Assembly (NCBI GenBank): GCA_964247055.1
Contig: OZ176052.1
Coordinates: 496,001-560,000, forward strand
Reading direction: 5' to 3'
DNA: 64,000 nucleotides
From: Paragordius varius
Taxonomy: Eukaryota > Animalia > Nematomorpha
The notes beneath the pieces are model-generated. The model was not told the origin of the DNA, did not search any database, and saw only the letters and a list, made by a program, of their open reading frames with translations. Position 1 is the first letter of the stretch. Every line of letters begins with the position of its first letter. Below, one piece after another: positions 50,309 to 63,669 of this stretch. Both the position numbers and the translations under genes were made by a program.

Positions 50309-51284
50309 ATGGCATCGATTTTTACCAAATTGGGACGGGCTATGGGTCTCGTTCCTAAAGTCGCTCGATTGGAACAAGTTAAACCAGCAGGTTGAGATTT
50401 TTTTCGGAATTTATATTTTAGTTCTTGGAGATGCGGTTGAATCGGCAACTGGACCGGCTCAGAAAATTTTGAAGCTGCAATTGCGCGGAATGGATGTATT
50501 ATTTCTTAAAATTTTTTACAACATTAACTTGTAATGTGTAACAAATAAATTAGATTTTTTATTTACTTTTTTAAAAGTTTTAATTGGTAAAATGCCCATT
50601 ATCAGCTTGCAAAATTTATTTTATGTAATTCAGACAGTTTTGCCTTTATCATTATATATTATATCAATTAGGACCCCTTCCTAACCAAACCAATTAAAAA
50701 AGGACCTGGAACTAAGGAACAACCAACTTTAATTCCATCAATTTTGGATCGCAGAATGTTGGGATGCTTATGTATTACTATTTATTAATTTTTTACAACT
50801 CTTTATAATATATATTTTAATATTAAAAAAACAAAACATGCAAAAATACCTTTTATAGAAAATATTTCTTATTTTCATGTTAAATTATGAGTATGTTACC
50901 AACTTACATTTATATTTTTTATTTTTCCCAAACGATAGTTCATATAAAAAACGACGTTTTTGAAATATGGTTTAAACATATTTTTCTTTTATATGTTTAA
51001 TCATTGTATTTTTCTGCAAATATTTTTTTTCGCAAACCAAACGATAACTTATATATAACGATTAAAAAAATAGTTTTATCAAAATCGTATGCTTTTACTC
51101 TATATGTTTTGTCTATAATTTAAATTTTTACTGTTTTTATAATCTTTTTTTTTGTGTTTAAGGCGAGGAAGATCAACCAGGATTTACTTGGATTTGGTTA
51201 TATAAAGATCAACCAAAGAGATGTGAATGTGGTCATTGGTATCTTTTAAAGCAAGTCAAAAGTCCTCTTGAAACTGTCGATTGA
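50309..51284 (+). CDS. COX5B: Cytochrome c oxidase subunit 5B, 4 exons
   Basis: Presequence-like N-terminus, ATG PAQKILK...GMD|DPF...GPGTKEQPTLIPSILDRRMLGCL|CEEDQ..FTWIWLYKDQPKRCECGHWYLL with the zinc-binding cysteines. Confidence 0.95.
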
Positions 51285-52707
51285 TTGATTGATAAACCAT
51301 TTTACTTTATTTTTTTATTTAAGGTTTGTTTTATAACGAATGAAATAAATTTGATTATAGAGCTACTATATTGGTATCCTATATATTGTAATTGAGATTT
51401 GCGTATTTGAAAATAAATTTATCGGTGCTAAAGATTTAAATTTTAACACATATTCATTTACATTTGACTAAATCCTGCAAAACTAAACAATACTTTTACA
51501 TATAATTTTGGTAAATTTATATGAATTAATTTAAAATTATTTTGGTGTGTAATATTATGTAATAATGAATCGACCCAAACTTAATTTGCAAAAAAATATG
51601 ATTAAAGAGTGACATTCTAAAGCAATTTTTATAAAACAACCCACCAATCCATTATTTCAGCTCTTTTTTATAAGCGTTTTTAATGTTTTATAGTGCAATT
51701 CTATATAATCGTGTAACCAGAAAATTCTTTTCCAATTATCACCATTGATAGTAATATTTCTAAACTATAATGTGTAATTTTTTATAAAAAAAGGGTTGTC
51801 TCACAAATCGATATTTGACAATGCTATGTTAAATAGCTGTTAATCTTCTTGTTATTCCATATGCTTGAATATCTAAAAATTAAGAATGCATGTGATAAAA
51901 GTTTGCCTTACTTTTATATTAACTTAAAAACTTGATATAATTTTCCATTACCCTTAAACATTTAACAACTTTTAATTAAAAAATATCTTGCATTCTTCTG
52001 TACCAAATATTATGAATCCAAGATATTTTCAACTTTACTAAATTATTGATTATTTTTTTCCACAATTTTATGGAAAAATTGAATAATATTTTGAATGTTA
52101 ATTCAGATTATAGACTCTATAATTAAGACTTTACGGTAAAAATTGAATTTATACGGACAAAACTAAAAATATAATGATAATTATTTTCTTTTTACTAAAA
52201 GACACAACCATACTTTTTAAATCTTAATTTTTTTTAAATATAAATAGCATTATTGTTAAAAATGGCACAAAGTATGAAATAGAAATGTATATTGTGGTAA
52301 CATACTATCAATTATACATTTTAAACTTAAAATTCAATAATTTATATATGAAAAATTAAGGTTTTAAAAAGTTAAATATAGGGTTGTCTTTTAAAAAAAT
52401 ATTTGTCTTTTTACATTTTGTCCGTAGTATAATTTCAATTTTTACTGTAAGCTATAATATTATTAAATTATTTATGTATATTATATTATCTTGAATATTA
52501 ACAATAATTTATTAGGTTAAGGGTGTGTGTTGAAATATAGTTCAATAATAAAATATATAAATCTTTTTTAATAAAATGGTTATAATTAAATAAAATTAAT
52601 AAGTTTATAAGTGTAGGCTTTTTCTCTATGTAATAAAAAGAATTGCTAAAAATATTATTGTAGTTATTATTGAGAAATATGGATTTCTTTTCGTGATAAA
52701 TGCGCCC

Positions 52708-55700
52708 CTATCGTGAAACTCCCCATATGATTAGCGCCAAAACGGTTACTATGCCAACCAGAATTCCAATTATAATGCACATTTTTTTTCGGGCGGCAAC
52801 CTGGGTATAAAGAAAATTGATAAAAACGCATAAATTAGTTAGTAATTCTTATACAATATGCATTTTAATGGTTGTTTGCTTATTTCACATTATAGTATGG
52901 AAATATGCAACACACAACATTAGTGTATGGAAAAAAGAAAGGAAATAATTGTTTATTTAACATTTTGTCGTTTTTTTCCATACACTATTGTTGAGTGTTG
53001 CAAATTTCCCAATTATAGTCTGTAAAATAATGATCAACCATTAAAATGCATATACTGTAATTGTGAAGTCAAAAATAGCTATAAAAAAGTTGTTTTTTTA
53101 CAAAAAAAAAGAATTTTAACTGCATTTTTTACGTATTTTAATTTTTTGTTTAAATGATTATTGTAGAATAAAAATCTTTTTTTTATGCAAATAAAAAAAC
53201 CTAACCTGATATCTCCGAGCCTGTTTTAATTGCGTATTTCCTTGTTCAACTTGAACATTGGCTGTTTCTACATTCGCTTCTATGCTGTCTGTTGTTAAGA
53301 TATTTTAATAATTTATAAAATATTATATTAATTTAAAGATTTAAGTAAAAAGTGTAAAATTTTTGTAAAGAAGTTAATCCTTAAAAATACGATAAAAATT
53401 GGAATTTTACTATGGACAAAACATAAAGATATAAGGATAAATATTTTTTTCTAAAAAAACAACCATGCTTTTTAAATCTTAAATTATTTTATTATATCTG
53501 ATTATTGTAAAATTATAATAATGGATTGTGTTACCAATAAACATCTCTATTTCATACTTTATAGTTTGAAACAATAAGTTATATTAAAAAAATGAAGATA
53601 AGAAAAGTATAATTTTCAGAAAAAATTATTTGTCCTTATATCATCATGTTTTGTCCATATAATTTTAGTTTTTACTGTAAAAGATTCGTCAAATATTTTT
53701 ATGTAAAGAACCATAATTTAAATAAAAGTTTTAAGATTATGGATAGAATATTAATTTAAGGTTAACTACACATTAAACAATCTAAAACACAGGTTCTAGA
53801 GCAGGATCCAACACATTTTTTTTCGGTAGTTAAAAATATTGTAAAAAACGTTAAAAAATGTTAAAAATTGGATTTTAATCAAAAATTTACCGTTATAGAT
53901 CACTAGACACAAAATAAATATTAAAAACAACCAAAGTAGCCGCAAAGATATACCCTTATACAATTCAATTTCACCCTTAAACAATTTAAATTCACCCTAA
54001 AGATAAATTATGTGTTTTCGAACCAATATAACTCATCATTATAATATAAAATATATCTTTATGACATAGTTTATTATTTTTTAATTAGTATTTTAATTCA
54101 AAACAAAATTTAATTTTTCAAAATATAAAATATAGGTAAATATTAATCTTAAAAAACATATATTTTATTTGAGGGTGGATATGAGTTGTAAATGGTATAT
54201 TTGTGTTGGACACCTCTGCTCTAGGTCAAAATTATAACATAATAATTCAAAATATGGCCCTTAAAAAAGGATTAATAGATTTTTTTATACTTTTTATACT
54301 GTAGTTCTTTAACTAAAAAAATTTGATATTTATTTAAAATTAAGCTTTAATGCGTGTATAATAAAAATATAAATTTTAGATTAATTTCAAACAAATACAT
54401 ATATAATGCGTAATTCTCTCAATATGTTGCTAAAAAAATTTGATAATAATATGCCCCTTAACATATTTTATGCGGCCCTTACGCTATAAAATTTTAATAA
54501 TATGATTGATTTTACCGTAAAAATAAGTTTATAAAGATAAAACTAAAACTAACCTAACATATCGCCTTGTTCATGAACCAACATTCCTAAATCACGGAAA
54601 ATTTGATTTACATCATTGATATCAGCCTACGAATTAGAGAATTAATAAAAAATTAAAAATATAAATTCAAAAAAAGTAAAGTATAATATATACAGTAAAA
54701 AGTGAAATTTTACGCATGGACAAAACGTAAAAATATAAAGACAAATATTTTTATCTAAAATACAATCTCTTACCTTTTTAAACGTTAAGTTATCCTATGT
54801 TAACTATTTAATTAATATTGTAAAATGCATAATTGATTGTGTTACCAATTTACATTTCTATATTATATACTTTGTAGTTTAAAACAATGAGAGTTATATT
54901 TGAAAAGGTCAAGATTAAAAAAGTATGGTTGTTTTTTATTTATCTTTCACATTATGTCCGTATAATTTCAATTTTTACTGTATTTGTTAATTCAAAACCC
55001 ATATTTTTTTAGACACAACTTATTTTTTTATTCAATACATTAATAGATTTTAATTACATATTTGATTCTTAATTGGCAGAAAGAGTTTAATTTATAAAGT
55101 TTTAATCAAATATGTTTTTTATGAAAAAAATTGTTTTTCACTTTTTTTACGTTTTGTCTTTAATATGATACTGTAAATCATTTTTCAGTAACAAAATTAA
55201 AGATTAAATAATTAAAATTGCCTTAAGATAAACGAAATTGTTGTTTATATAATAACATTCCTATAAAATCTTTAAAAAACACAAAAATAGAAAAAACTAG
55301 CAATGTTAACTGTTTAAAACAAGTTTTATTAAAAACTGGTATTATTTTATCCAAAAATCAGGGTATTTAAAACCACATATTTTAAATTAGATGAAACCGC
55401 TACAATATATTTAAAACCTCAATTTTTACTAATAAAATTAGTCATTATATATTTTTTTCTTAATAAAAAAAAATTAAAAAATAAACTATAAATTTTATGG
55501 GGCGAAAAATTTGCGAATTATAACAAGACAAAACACAAAAATTAAAGACAATTTTTAAATATAACCAAATTAAAAAAAAAATATTATAAACTTATTTTTC
55601 AACTGTAGACACAAATTATATTATAGTAAAAATTATAATTATACGGACAAATGATGAAAATATAAAGACAAATATTTTTTTCTAAAAGACAACCCCATAC

Positions 55701-58700
55701 TTTTTTAATCTTGATTTTTTTTAAATAGAACTCATTGTTTTAAACTACAAAGTATGATATAGAAATGTAAATTGGTTACACAATCAATTATGTTTAGGAT
55801 TGTAATTAAATGTTTTTTATAAGATAAATTAAGGTTAAAAAAATTGTTTTTTGAAAAAAAATACATTTTGTCTTTATATTTTTACATTTTGTACATAGTA
55901 TAATTTCAATTTTTATACTGTAAAAATTGAAATTCAAAGAACAAAAACGTATACCTTTTCTTTCAGGTAACAATCGGTTTTATTTTAAAAGAAAAACCAT
56001 AAATTTTTTAAAAACTTATAATTTTTTTAGGAATTTTAAACCTCAAGTTTTTGGATTAATACTTTTAGGATAAATTAAGGTTTAAAAAAGTATGGTTAGT
56101 TGTCTTTTTTTAAAAAATACATTTTGTCTTTATATTTTTACACCTTGTCCATAGTATAATTTCAATTTATATATTGTAAAAAAACAGTTTTTCTTATAGG
56201 TAACACAAGTTTTTTTTAAAAAAAAACAATACTTTGTTCAAAAAATCAAAAAGTTTATTTTTAAGTTAAAGGGATTTTAAACCTCAAGTTTTCGGATTGA
56301 TGCTTTTAATTAGTTTATATAGGATAAATTATCGTTTTAAAGTTTGGTTAGTTGTTTTTTGAAAAAAATACGTTATGTCTTTATATTTCACCTTGTCCAT
56401 AGAGTAATTTCAATTTTTATATTGTAAAAAAACAGTTTTTCTTATAGATAACAAAACACAAGTTATTTTTAAAAAAACCATACATTTTTTAAAAATTAAT
56501 AAAGTAAAGTTTAGTTTTTTATGAATTTTAAACCTCAAGTTTTCGGATTGATGCTTCTCGTTCACGTAATTCACTAATGTTAACATCTTCCTCCATAGAG
56601 ATGTGCGTTTGTCTGAAAAACAAATTATAAATTAAACTAAATTTACAGTAAAAATGAAAATAAATGTAAAAATTAAAAGACAAAAATATTTTTTTAAAAA
56701 TAAAAAAAAATACTTTTATACCTTAATTTTCAGAAAAAAAATTAAAATTTTAATGATAAAAGATAAATCCAAAAGGCAAATTTTCAAACTTCGGCATTTT
56801 AAATAAAAGTCATCGTTTTAATTTGCCAAAATAGAGTTAGTTGGTAAAATCTATTTGTATTAACAATGCAATTATATATTTTTGTGTAAGGAATATCAAG
56901 CTTGATCAAAACATGGTTGTCTTGTCTTTAAACTTTAAGATTCTGTCATAAAATTAACAATAAAAAAGATTATAGGAAAAAGAAAATTTTTATTTTTATA
57001 TACCATTTACATATCAAATTCCCCTTTGAACAATTCAAATTCACCCTAAAAATAAATCGTGTTTTCGAATTAATATAACTCATCATTTATATGTAATTTA
57101 TCTTTATGGCATAGTTTATTATTTTTCAGTATTATTATAATTAAAAACAAACTTTTTATGTATTTTTAAAAATATACATAATTTTTAATCATAAAAACAC
57201 ATAATTTATTTGAGGGTGAATATAAATTGTTCAAGGGAATTGTTCGATGGTCAATTTGAATTGTAAATGGTATATATAAAATCTGCCTCATATTTTTTAG
57301 CCTTCATTATTTATAAATTAGGTTGGTACCAATTTACATGCCTGTATTCCATATATGCGCAACTCAAATCGATAGCTTATATATATATATATATATATAT
57401 ATGAATATCAAGTTTACGTAGTGTCTATATAAAAAAATATTTGTATTTTAGTTGGTTTTTCTTATGGGTTTTACTGTTAATTTTTATACACAAAAATGAT
57501 GCTAAAATTAAAACATCAAAACAACAAGAATATTATCCACTATTTTTGTCAAAAATCTAACATAAATTTAAAACCAAAAAAACTAATGCTTAAATAAGGT
57601 TAGAGTTGTATTAAAAATTTTGTAAAAAATTTAATCGTATTTTCCCCAAAAACTACTATCCAATAAAAGTTGATGATAATATTCCAATGAGATAATTGAG
57701 AAAAATAAAAAAAATCCAATATAAATTCTATAGATTATAAAAAGCCATTTTACTAAGATATATATATTATAATAAAGTCTTTATACTTTTGTTGCATTGA
57801 ACCAAATGCTTCATCTTCAAATGGGAGTTTAGAGGGTTGTCCACTCGTGTTCTAGAATTAAAAATTTAATTTTTTTAAATTAAAATATCAATTTTTTTTA
57901 TTAAATATTATAAATTTAACCGGTTATAAAGTAAAAATTGAAATTATACGGATGGACAAAACGTAAAAATATAAATTTTTTAAAAGACAACCATACTTTT
58001 CTAAAATGATAATTCCTGTAAAAAACATTTAATTACAATCGTAAAATACATAACTGATTGTGTTACAGTTTGCATCTTTATTTTATACTTTTCAGGTTAA
58101 AACAATGAGTTATGTTAAAATCATCAAAAAAGTATGTTAGTCTTTTTTAGATAATATTTGTTTTTATATTATTGCGTTTTGTACATGGTATAATTTCAAT
58201 TTTTTAATGTAAAAGGGTTTATGAAATAATCTATATATATATATATATATATATTTATAATACTTCAATATGGGTTTATTTTAAATTTTTACTTTTTCTG
58301 TTTTAATTTTGAAAAAATCTTTGAAAATTTAATTTTTGGTTTATAAACAGAATTCCAAAAATAAAAAAATGTTCCAAAATAATCTATAACTCAAGATGAT
58401 GCAGGATTTTCATAAATATAAGGTTATTTACATTTCAAATTAGGTCCTATTTTTATTTTTTTTGTGCTTATAATATTTTTTGTATTTTATAAAAATATCA
58501 CAGGAAAAATTGAAATTATACGAGGATAAAACGTAAAAATCAAAGAAAATATATATTTTTTATATGAAATAAGTAGAGTTTTTTACATTTAAAATTTCCA
58601 TATAAATATAAAAGTACAATTTTAAAATATATATATATATATATATGAGTATATTACCAATTTATAGATCAATCCTTATTTTGATCACAAATCAAAATGA

Positions 58701-59683
58701 GATACATCTTAAAAAACCATCAAAGTCAATACATTGTTGGTTGGCTTTGAAAAATATATTGTCTTACAGTTTATTTTTCGTTTTTTTTCGGTATAATTTG
58801 AATTTTTACTGTAATTTTTACTTATTTTTTACCCTCGAAACCCAACCTAAAACTTAAAAGTAAAACTTAAAGTATACGCCAATTAAGATTTTATTAAAAG
58901 ATATATTGTCTTACAGTTTTTTTTCGGTATAATTTCAATTTTTACTGTAATATTTAATAATTTTTTACCCTCAAAACCCAAACCTAAAACTTAAAAATAA
59001 AACTAAAATGATACTCCAAAATTAGCTTTGGCCCGGGCAACACTAGCCTTTTCTTTACTGGCAGCATTTCTTTGAGTCGCTTGGAATGTGTTGAGAACTT
59101 TGCTGAATTCATCCATAACCTTTTCTTTTTGCAGTTTTTGTTTCCTCTAATATGAAATTTTTTTTATAGTTTTAATTAAGGCAAAAAATAGTTAAACACC
59201 ATTTAAATCATCTATAGTTAATTTCGTTACATAGGCAATTGATATCTTATTGGATATATATATGTTAAGTTTATATTGAACGATTAACTATTAAAAAATA
59301 TAAAGATTAACGTTAACCCTTTTTCACGGAGCTCTATTCAAAAAACAAAATCCAATCCAATGTAATAATATCATTTACGAAAAAGCAAAAATACCTGGTC
59401 AAACTCATTATACGGTGGAGGTATATGAGCCAAATCTGCAATTTGCTTATTTATATTCTTAGCTAACGCATTGGTATCTTGAATATTTTTATGCCTAATC
59501 AATATAAAAACCATAAGATTACAAAGATTTGCGTAAGCTATCGCTGTCTTGAGGAGTCCCAATCTGGGTAACCATTCTTTGTATTTGAGAAACTAAAAAT
59601 TTAATATAAATTAAACCATTTTGCGCTAATCTTTCAATGTTATTCGAAGCTACCGTAATTGAACTCTGAAAATCTTGATTCAT
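52708..59683 (-). CDS. STX7: Syntaxin-7/12-like Qa-SNARE, ~9 exons; the true start may lie slightly upstream
   Basis: NIERLAQN|VSQIQRMVTQIGTPQDSDSLRKSL, QKLQKEKVMDEFSKVLNTFQATQR, ELREREASIRKLE|ADINDVNQIFRDLGMLVHEQGDML|DSIEANVETANVQVEQGNTQLKQARRYQ|VAARKKMCIIIGILVGIVTVLALIIWGVSR*. STX7 and STX12 cannot be distinguished. Confidence 0.9.
55920..56560 (-). repeat. ~240-bp unit triplication containing M1 MITE halves and copies of a syntaxin exon 3' end and splice donor
   Basis: (gc)atcaatccgaaaacttgag|gtttaaaat occurs at 56534 (real exon), 56283 and 56042. Confidence 0.8.
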
Positions 59684-60037
59684 CTGAAATGGTAATGTTT
59701 TTATGCTGACATGGAAAATATGTAATAGGTTATCTGTACTATCCAGGTATCCAGAAAAGGGTGAGAAAAATTTCAAAGGTCCCTCATACGATATAAAAAT
59801 ATTTTTTGTTTTCATATTCTTTTTAAAAATAGGTAGTTGTTATAAAATTTTAATATAATATATACCAGATTTTCATTTATTATTTTTTATTTTCCATTTT
59901 ATTTTTATAGCTTATAAAATAAGGCGAAAATTTAAGGCATATTACTGGCATTGTGTGTCCTAAGAAATATATTTATCGCAAAATTTAAAAAAACTTTAAA
60001 TTTTTGGCGCATTGTAGAGTTCTCCAAAATATCTACC

Positions 60038-60536
60038 CTAACACTTGGGATAGTTGTACCCCTGGCCTGTTTAAAATCAAAGACTTTATAAAGTATGAAA
60101 GGAATCGGAACCATGGTAATATTTTGCACATATATATTAATAAACCGAAATATATAACAAACTTAATTGAAAAATACTTGATATTACTTATATTAAGCTA
60201 AAATCAAAAGGTAGGTTTGACGTGACATGTGTGAAATAGTAAAATTAAAAAATAATACAAAATAAACCGCTTTTTCTATTTCTATCAATGTTAGATGTGA
60301 TTTAAATAACTTTAAGCAAAAAATTTTGTGAAACAAAAATTGCGTCGAAGTAGTTTGACATAAATTTTTTTTTCAAAACATAACTTCATTAAGATATTTT
60401 GGCAAATTTATATAATTTTTATTAGGATAGAAGCATAAACTAAAATTGGGACCGTTTCTTTTAGTAGTTTTTTAAAAATATTAATTTAAATTTAGTCTGG
60501 GGTAACTAGATAACCCAATTTGAATCGAAGTGTTAA
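60038..60536. mobile_element. piggyBac-like MITE family P1, third copy with left end partly deleted
   Basis: ctaacacttgggatag...gaatcgaagtgttaa; interior colinear with 1245-1803. Confidence 0.78.
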
Positions 60537-60654
60537 ACTGAAATTACAGGCTGTGTCTAAATAAATTGCTAAAAACTTTTTATCACGATCTTTGAGAACG
60601 TTGCTATAAAACATCATGGTTTAACTATATTTTCCAATATAATTATATTTATAA

Positions 60655-62382
60655 TACATTAGAAACAGACGCCAAAAATAACCAAAACCTCTTTGCCCAT
60701 GCAAACAATATTATTCCACACAAAAAAGTTTTTTATAAGGGACTTATGAGAAACGACAACAACTCAATCGTCACTGAAAAAGACGAAATTCGCAAACTAT
60801 GGCACAAACATATAAACAAACTATACAATGTAAATAACCCCCCGACTATTAACGAACTTACTCAACAAAAAGAACCACCTATTATAAAAGAAGAAGTGGA
60901 ACTCGCGATAAAACATTCTAGCACCGGCAAATCAGAGGGCCACAGAGACATCCCTACTGAAATAATAAAATACATTCCAATCGATATACTCACCAAATTA
61001 TTTCAAACCATATTTGAGATGGAAAAAATTCCTGAGGATTGGTGCACATCCATTATGATTCCGATTTTAAAAAAGGGTAACCCAGAACTGCGTGACAACT
61101 ATCGCACCATAGCGCTCATAAACCAGGTGTCCAAAGTTTTTCTAAAAATAATACAGTTTCGTCTAAATTCCATTCTTGACCCCTAGATATCCACGATTCA
61201 GGCTGGTTTTCGAAAAGGTAGAGGATGCCGAGATATGATATGTAACATGAGGTGGATAATCGAGAAACACATCGAATTTAACAAAGAATTGCATATGTGC
61301 TTTGTCGATTTTTCCAAAGCATTTGATTCCATCCAGCATAATAAACTACGGAAAGCTCTAAAACAACTCGGAGTGTCAACACATTTAATCAACTCATATT
61401 TTCAATTTATTCAAATTCCACGGCTGTAGTATCTACATGTCACGGTATATCTGACTCATGTAAGGTACAAGGTGGCATCCGTCAAGGGTGCGTTTTATCA
61501 CCAATTCTTTTTAACGCATACCTGGAGGGCATTATAAGAAATATCCTACAAACTTACGGCATCAACGTAGGTGGGAACCTACTTACATCCGTTCACTACG
61601 CGGATGATACAGTCTTATTCGCAGACAGTGTAGACACATTATCGCAAGCCTTGCAAGTGTTTACAACTGAATGCAATAAATTTGGATTAAATATCAATTT
61701 CAAAAAAAGAAAAGTCATGCAAATAAATCCAGCTCAAACCAATCCAATAATCCTCAACCGCAACCAGATCGAAACAGTTAGCAGCTACACGTACTTAGGT
61801 AGCATTATTAATAATGAGAACAACTCTACGCCTGAAATAAAGCGAAGAATTGCTATTGCTAAAGCAGTAACTTTTAAATATAACAGGATTTGGATGTCAC
61901 ATGACATTAAACTACAAACCAAAATCATATTAATCAAAGCTACAGTTTTCCCCACATTCATGTATGGGGGGGGGGGAAAGCTGGACACTGAAAAAATATG
62001 ATGAACGTCTAATAAATTCTTTCGAATTATGGGTTTGGAGGAAACTTCTTCAAACAAAATGGACAGACAAAGTTTCAAACACCACCCTTCTAAATAAAAT
62101 TAACCCAGAAATGTCACTTCTTGGCAGCTTAACACGGCAAAAACTCTCCTTCTTCGGGCACATCATGAGATCCAGCTCACTTGAAAAATCACTGATGCTG
62201 GAGAAAGTGAGTGGTGCCCGAAAAGAGGGAGAAGACGAACTCGTTGGATGGATAACATCCTTAAAGAAACCAAACAATCATTATACGACCTAAACACCAA
62301 AACCTGAAATCGCAGTGAATGGAGAAACTTTATTTTCAATGTTCAGTTAGTCGGAATCGACTTTAGCAAACAACAACAACAA
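60655..62382 (+). mobile_element. RTE-clade (BovB-like) non-LTR retrotransposon, 5'-truncated, with frameshifts and stops
   Basis: IPEDWCTSIMIPILKKG..NYRTIAL, QAGFRKGRG, FVDFSKAFDSI, GIRQGCVLSPILFN, YADD, YLG, LRQKLSFFGHIMR..LEKSLMLEKVSG; ends in a (CAA)n tail. Confidence 0.92.
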
Positions 62383-63669
62383 TAGAGCTTTTTTCCAAAT
62401 ATTTTATGCACCACTTCTATCAAAATGATGCTGAAAAATTGGAATTCCAATATTTATGATTACAAAATGGAACATTTTGAAAAAATAAATAGCTAAATCC
62501 AATTTTCGACAAAATTATGATGGGCAATGGTATTTTGTCAAAATAATAAACACCCCCTTTTTATTTTTTTAATAGCGCTGAACTTTCCTATACCATTCTC
62601 CAAATTTCAAACGTAAATCGAAATATCCTCATCAAATTATGGAGAAAAAGTGTTTTTTAACATAAGCATTTTTATACATTTCCCATCATGTCTTAAAACA
62701 ATATGAAGTACGCATCAACAAAACTTAATATTTAAACAAACTACCTATTTTTAGAAAAATATTTAAAAATTTATTGAACAACATCAGCTTATTTGCATTT
62801 ATTTTATGAGAAATAGTCCTCCTTAGAAGGGACAAAAAATTAGGGACTTTTCGAGACCACATCAAATTATTAAAATATTTTTTTTCTTCTTTATATAGTT
62901 TTTGGTATATTTTAGTTATATTTTTTGGTTAAAGCATTTATCTTTCACCAAAAAAATTTTAACAAAACTGTGCAAATTTGCCATATTCTGATTTGAAGCA
63001 GTTAAAACAAAAGCGTTATAACTCGTAAGCCCTAAAACAAAAGGGTCATGAGAATCTTGATATTTTATCCTTTTCATCAGGATATTAAAGCCGGCGATTT
63101 TGTGCGCAGTGTAAAATACGTATAATAAAATTTAAATCGCGCTATTTTTGACATTTACCTCCATAAATTTTTTGTTCTCTTTATATACCACAATTTTTAT
63201 AAAAAACTTGAATACAAAATGGCAGGCACTCGAAAAAATACCATAATCGGCGTGAAAATAAATGATGCGTATGACTTTATGTTTTTAAACCCCGAGTTTA
63301 TTTATTGTAAAAAACTTATAAGAATACAAAAGGTGTAAAAACTTTTGATGATTTATCCGCAACGACTCCTAATTTTGTCATTCCGTAGGGCAAATTTTGT
63401 GCATTTATCGACATAGTTTCGGATATATTCTTTAAACATTACAGATACACCCCAAAAACAGGAAAAATACAAAATAATAAATATACGTAATTTATTGAAA
63501 ATGCTAAAAATTGGTAATGTGCTGACAAATAAATAAATAAAAAATGTATCAAATCAATAACATAATCACATATCACATTCGTATTAATAAATATCGTGTC
63601 ATCCATTCGTGATCTAATTAAAAAATCTTTTTATATCGAATGATTTAACAGATTTAAACCTAGACTCTT

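Noticed and set aside
63030-63090. Second CTGATGA on the minus strand as a possible hammerhead
   Set aside because: It lacks GAAA in register and a UH cleavage site with a pairing stem I.
63215-63430. Peptide EFIY...KGVKTFDDL weakly resembling a Helitron Rep-helicase linker
   Set aside because: It is short, frameshifted and lacks other Helitron motifs; it cannot be supported without a search.
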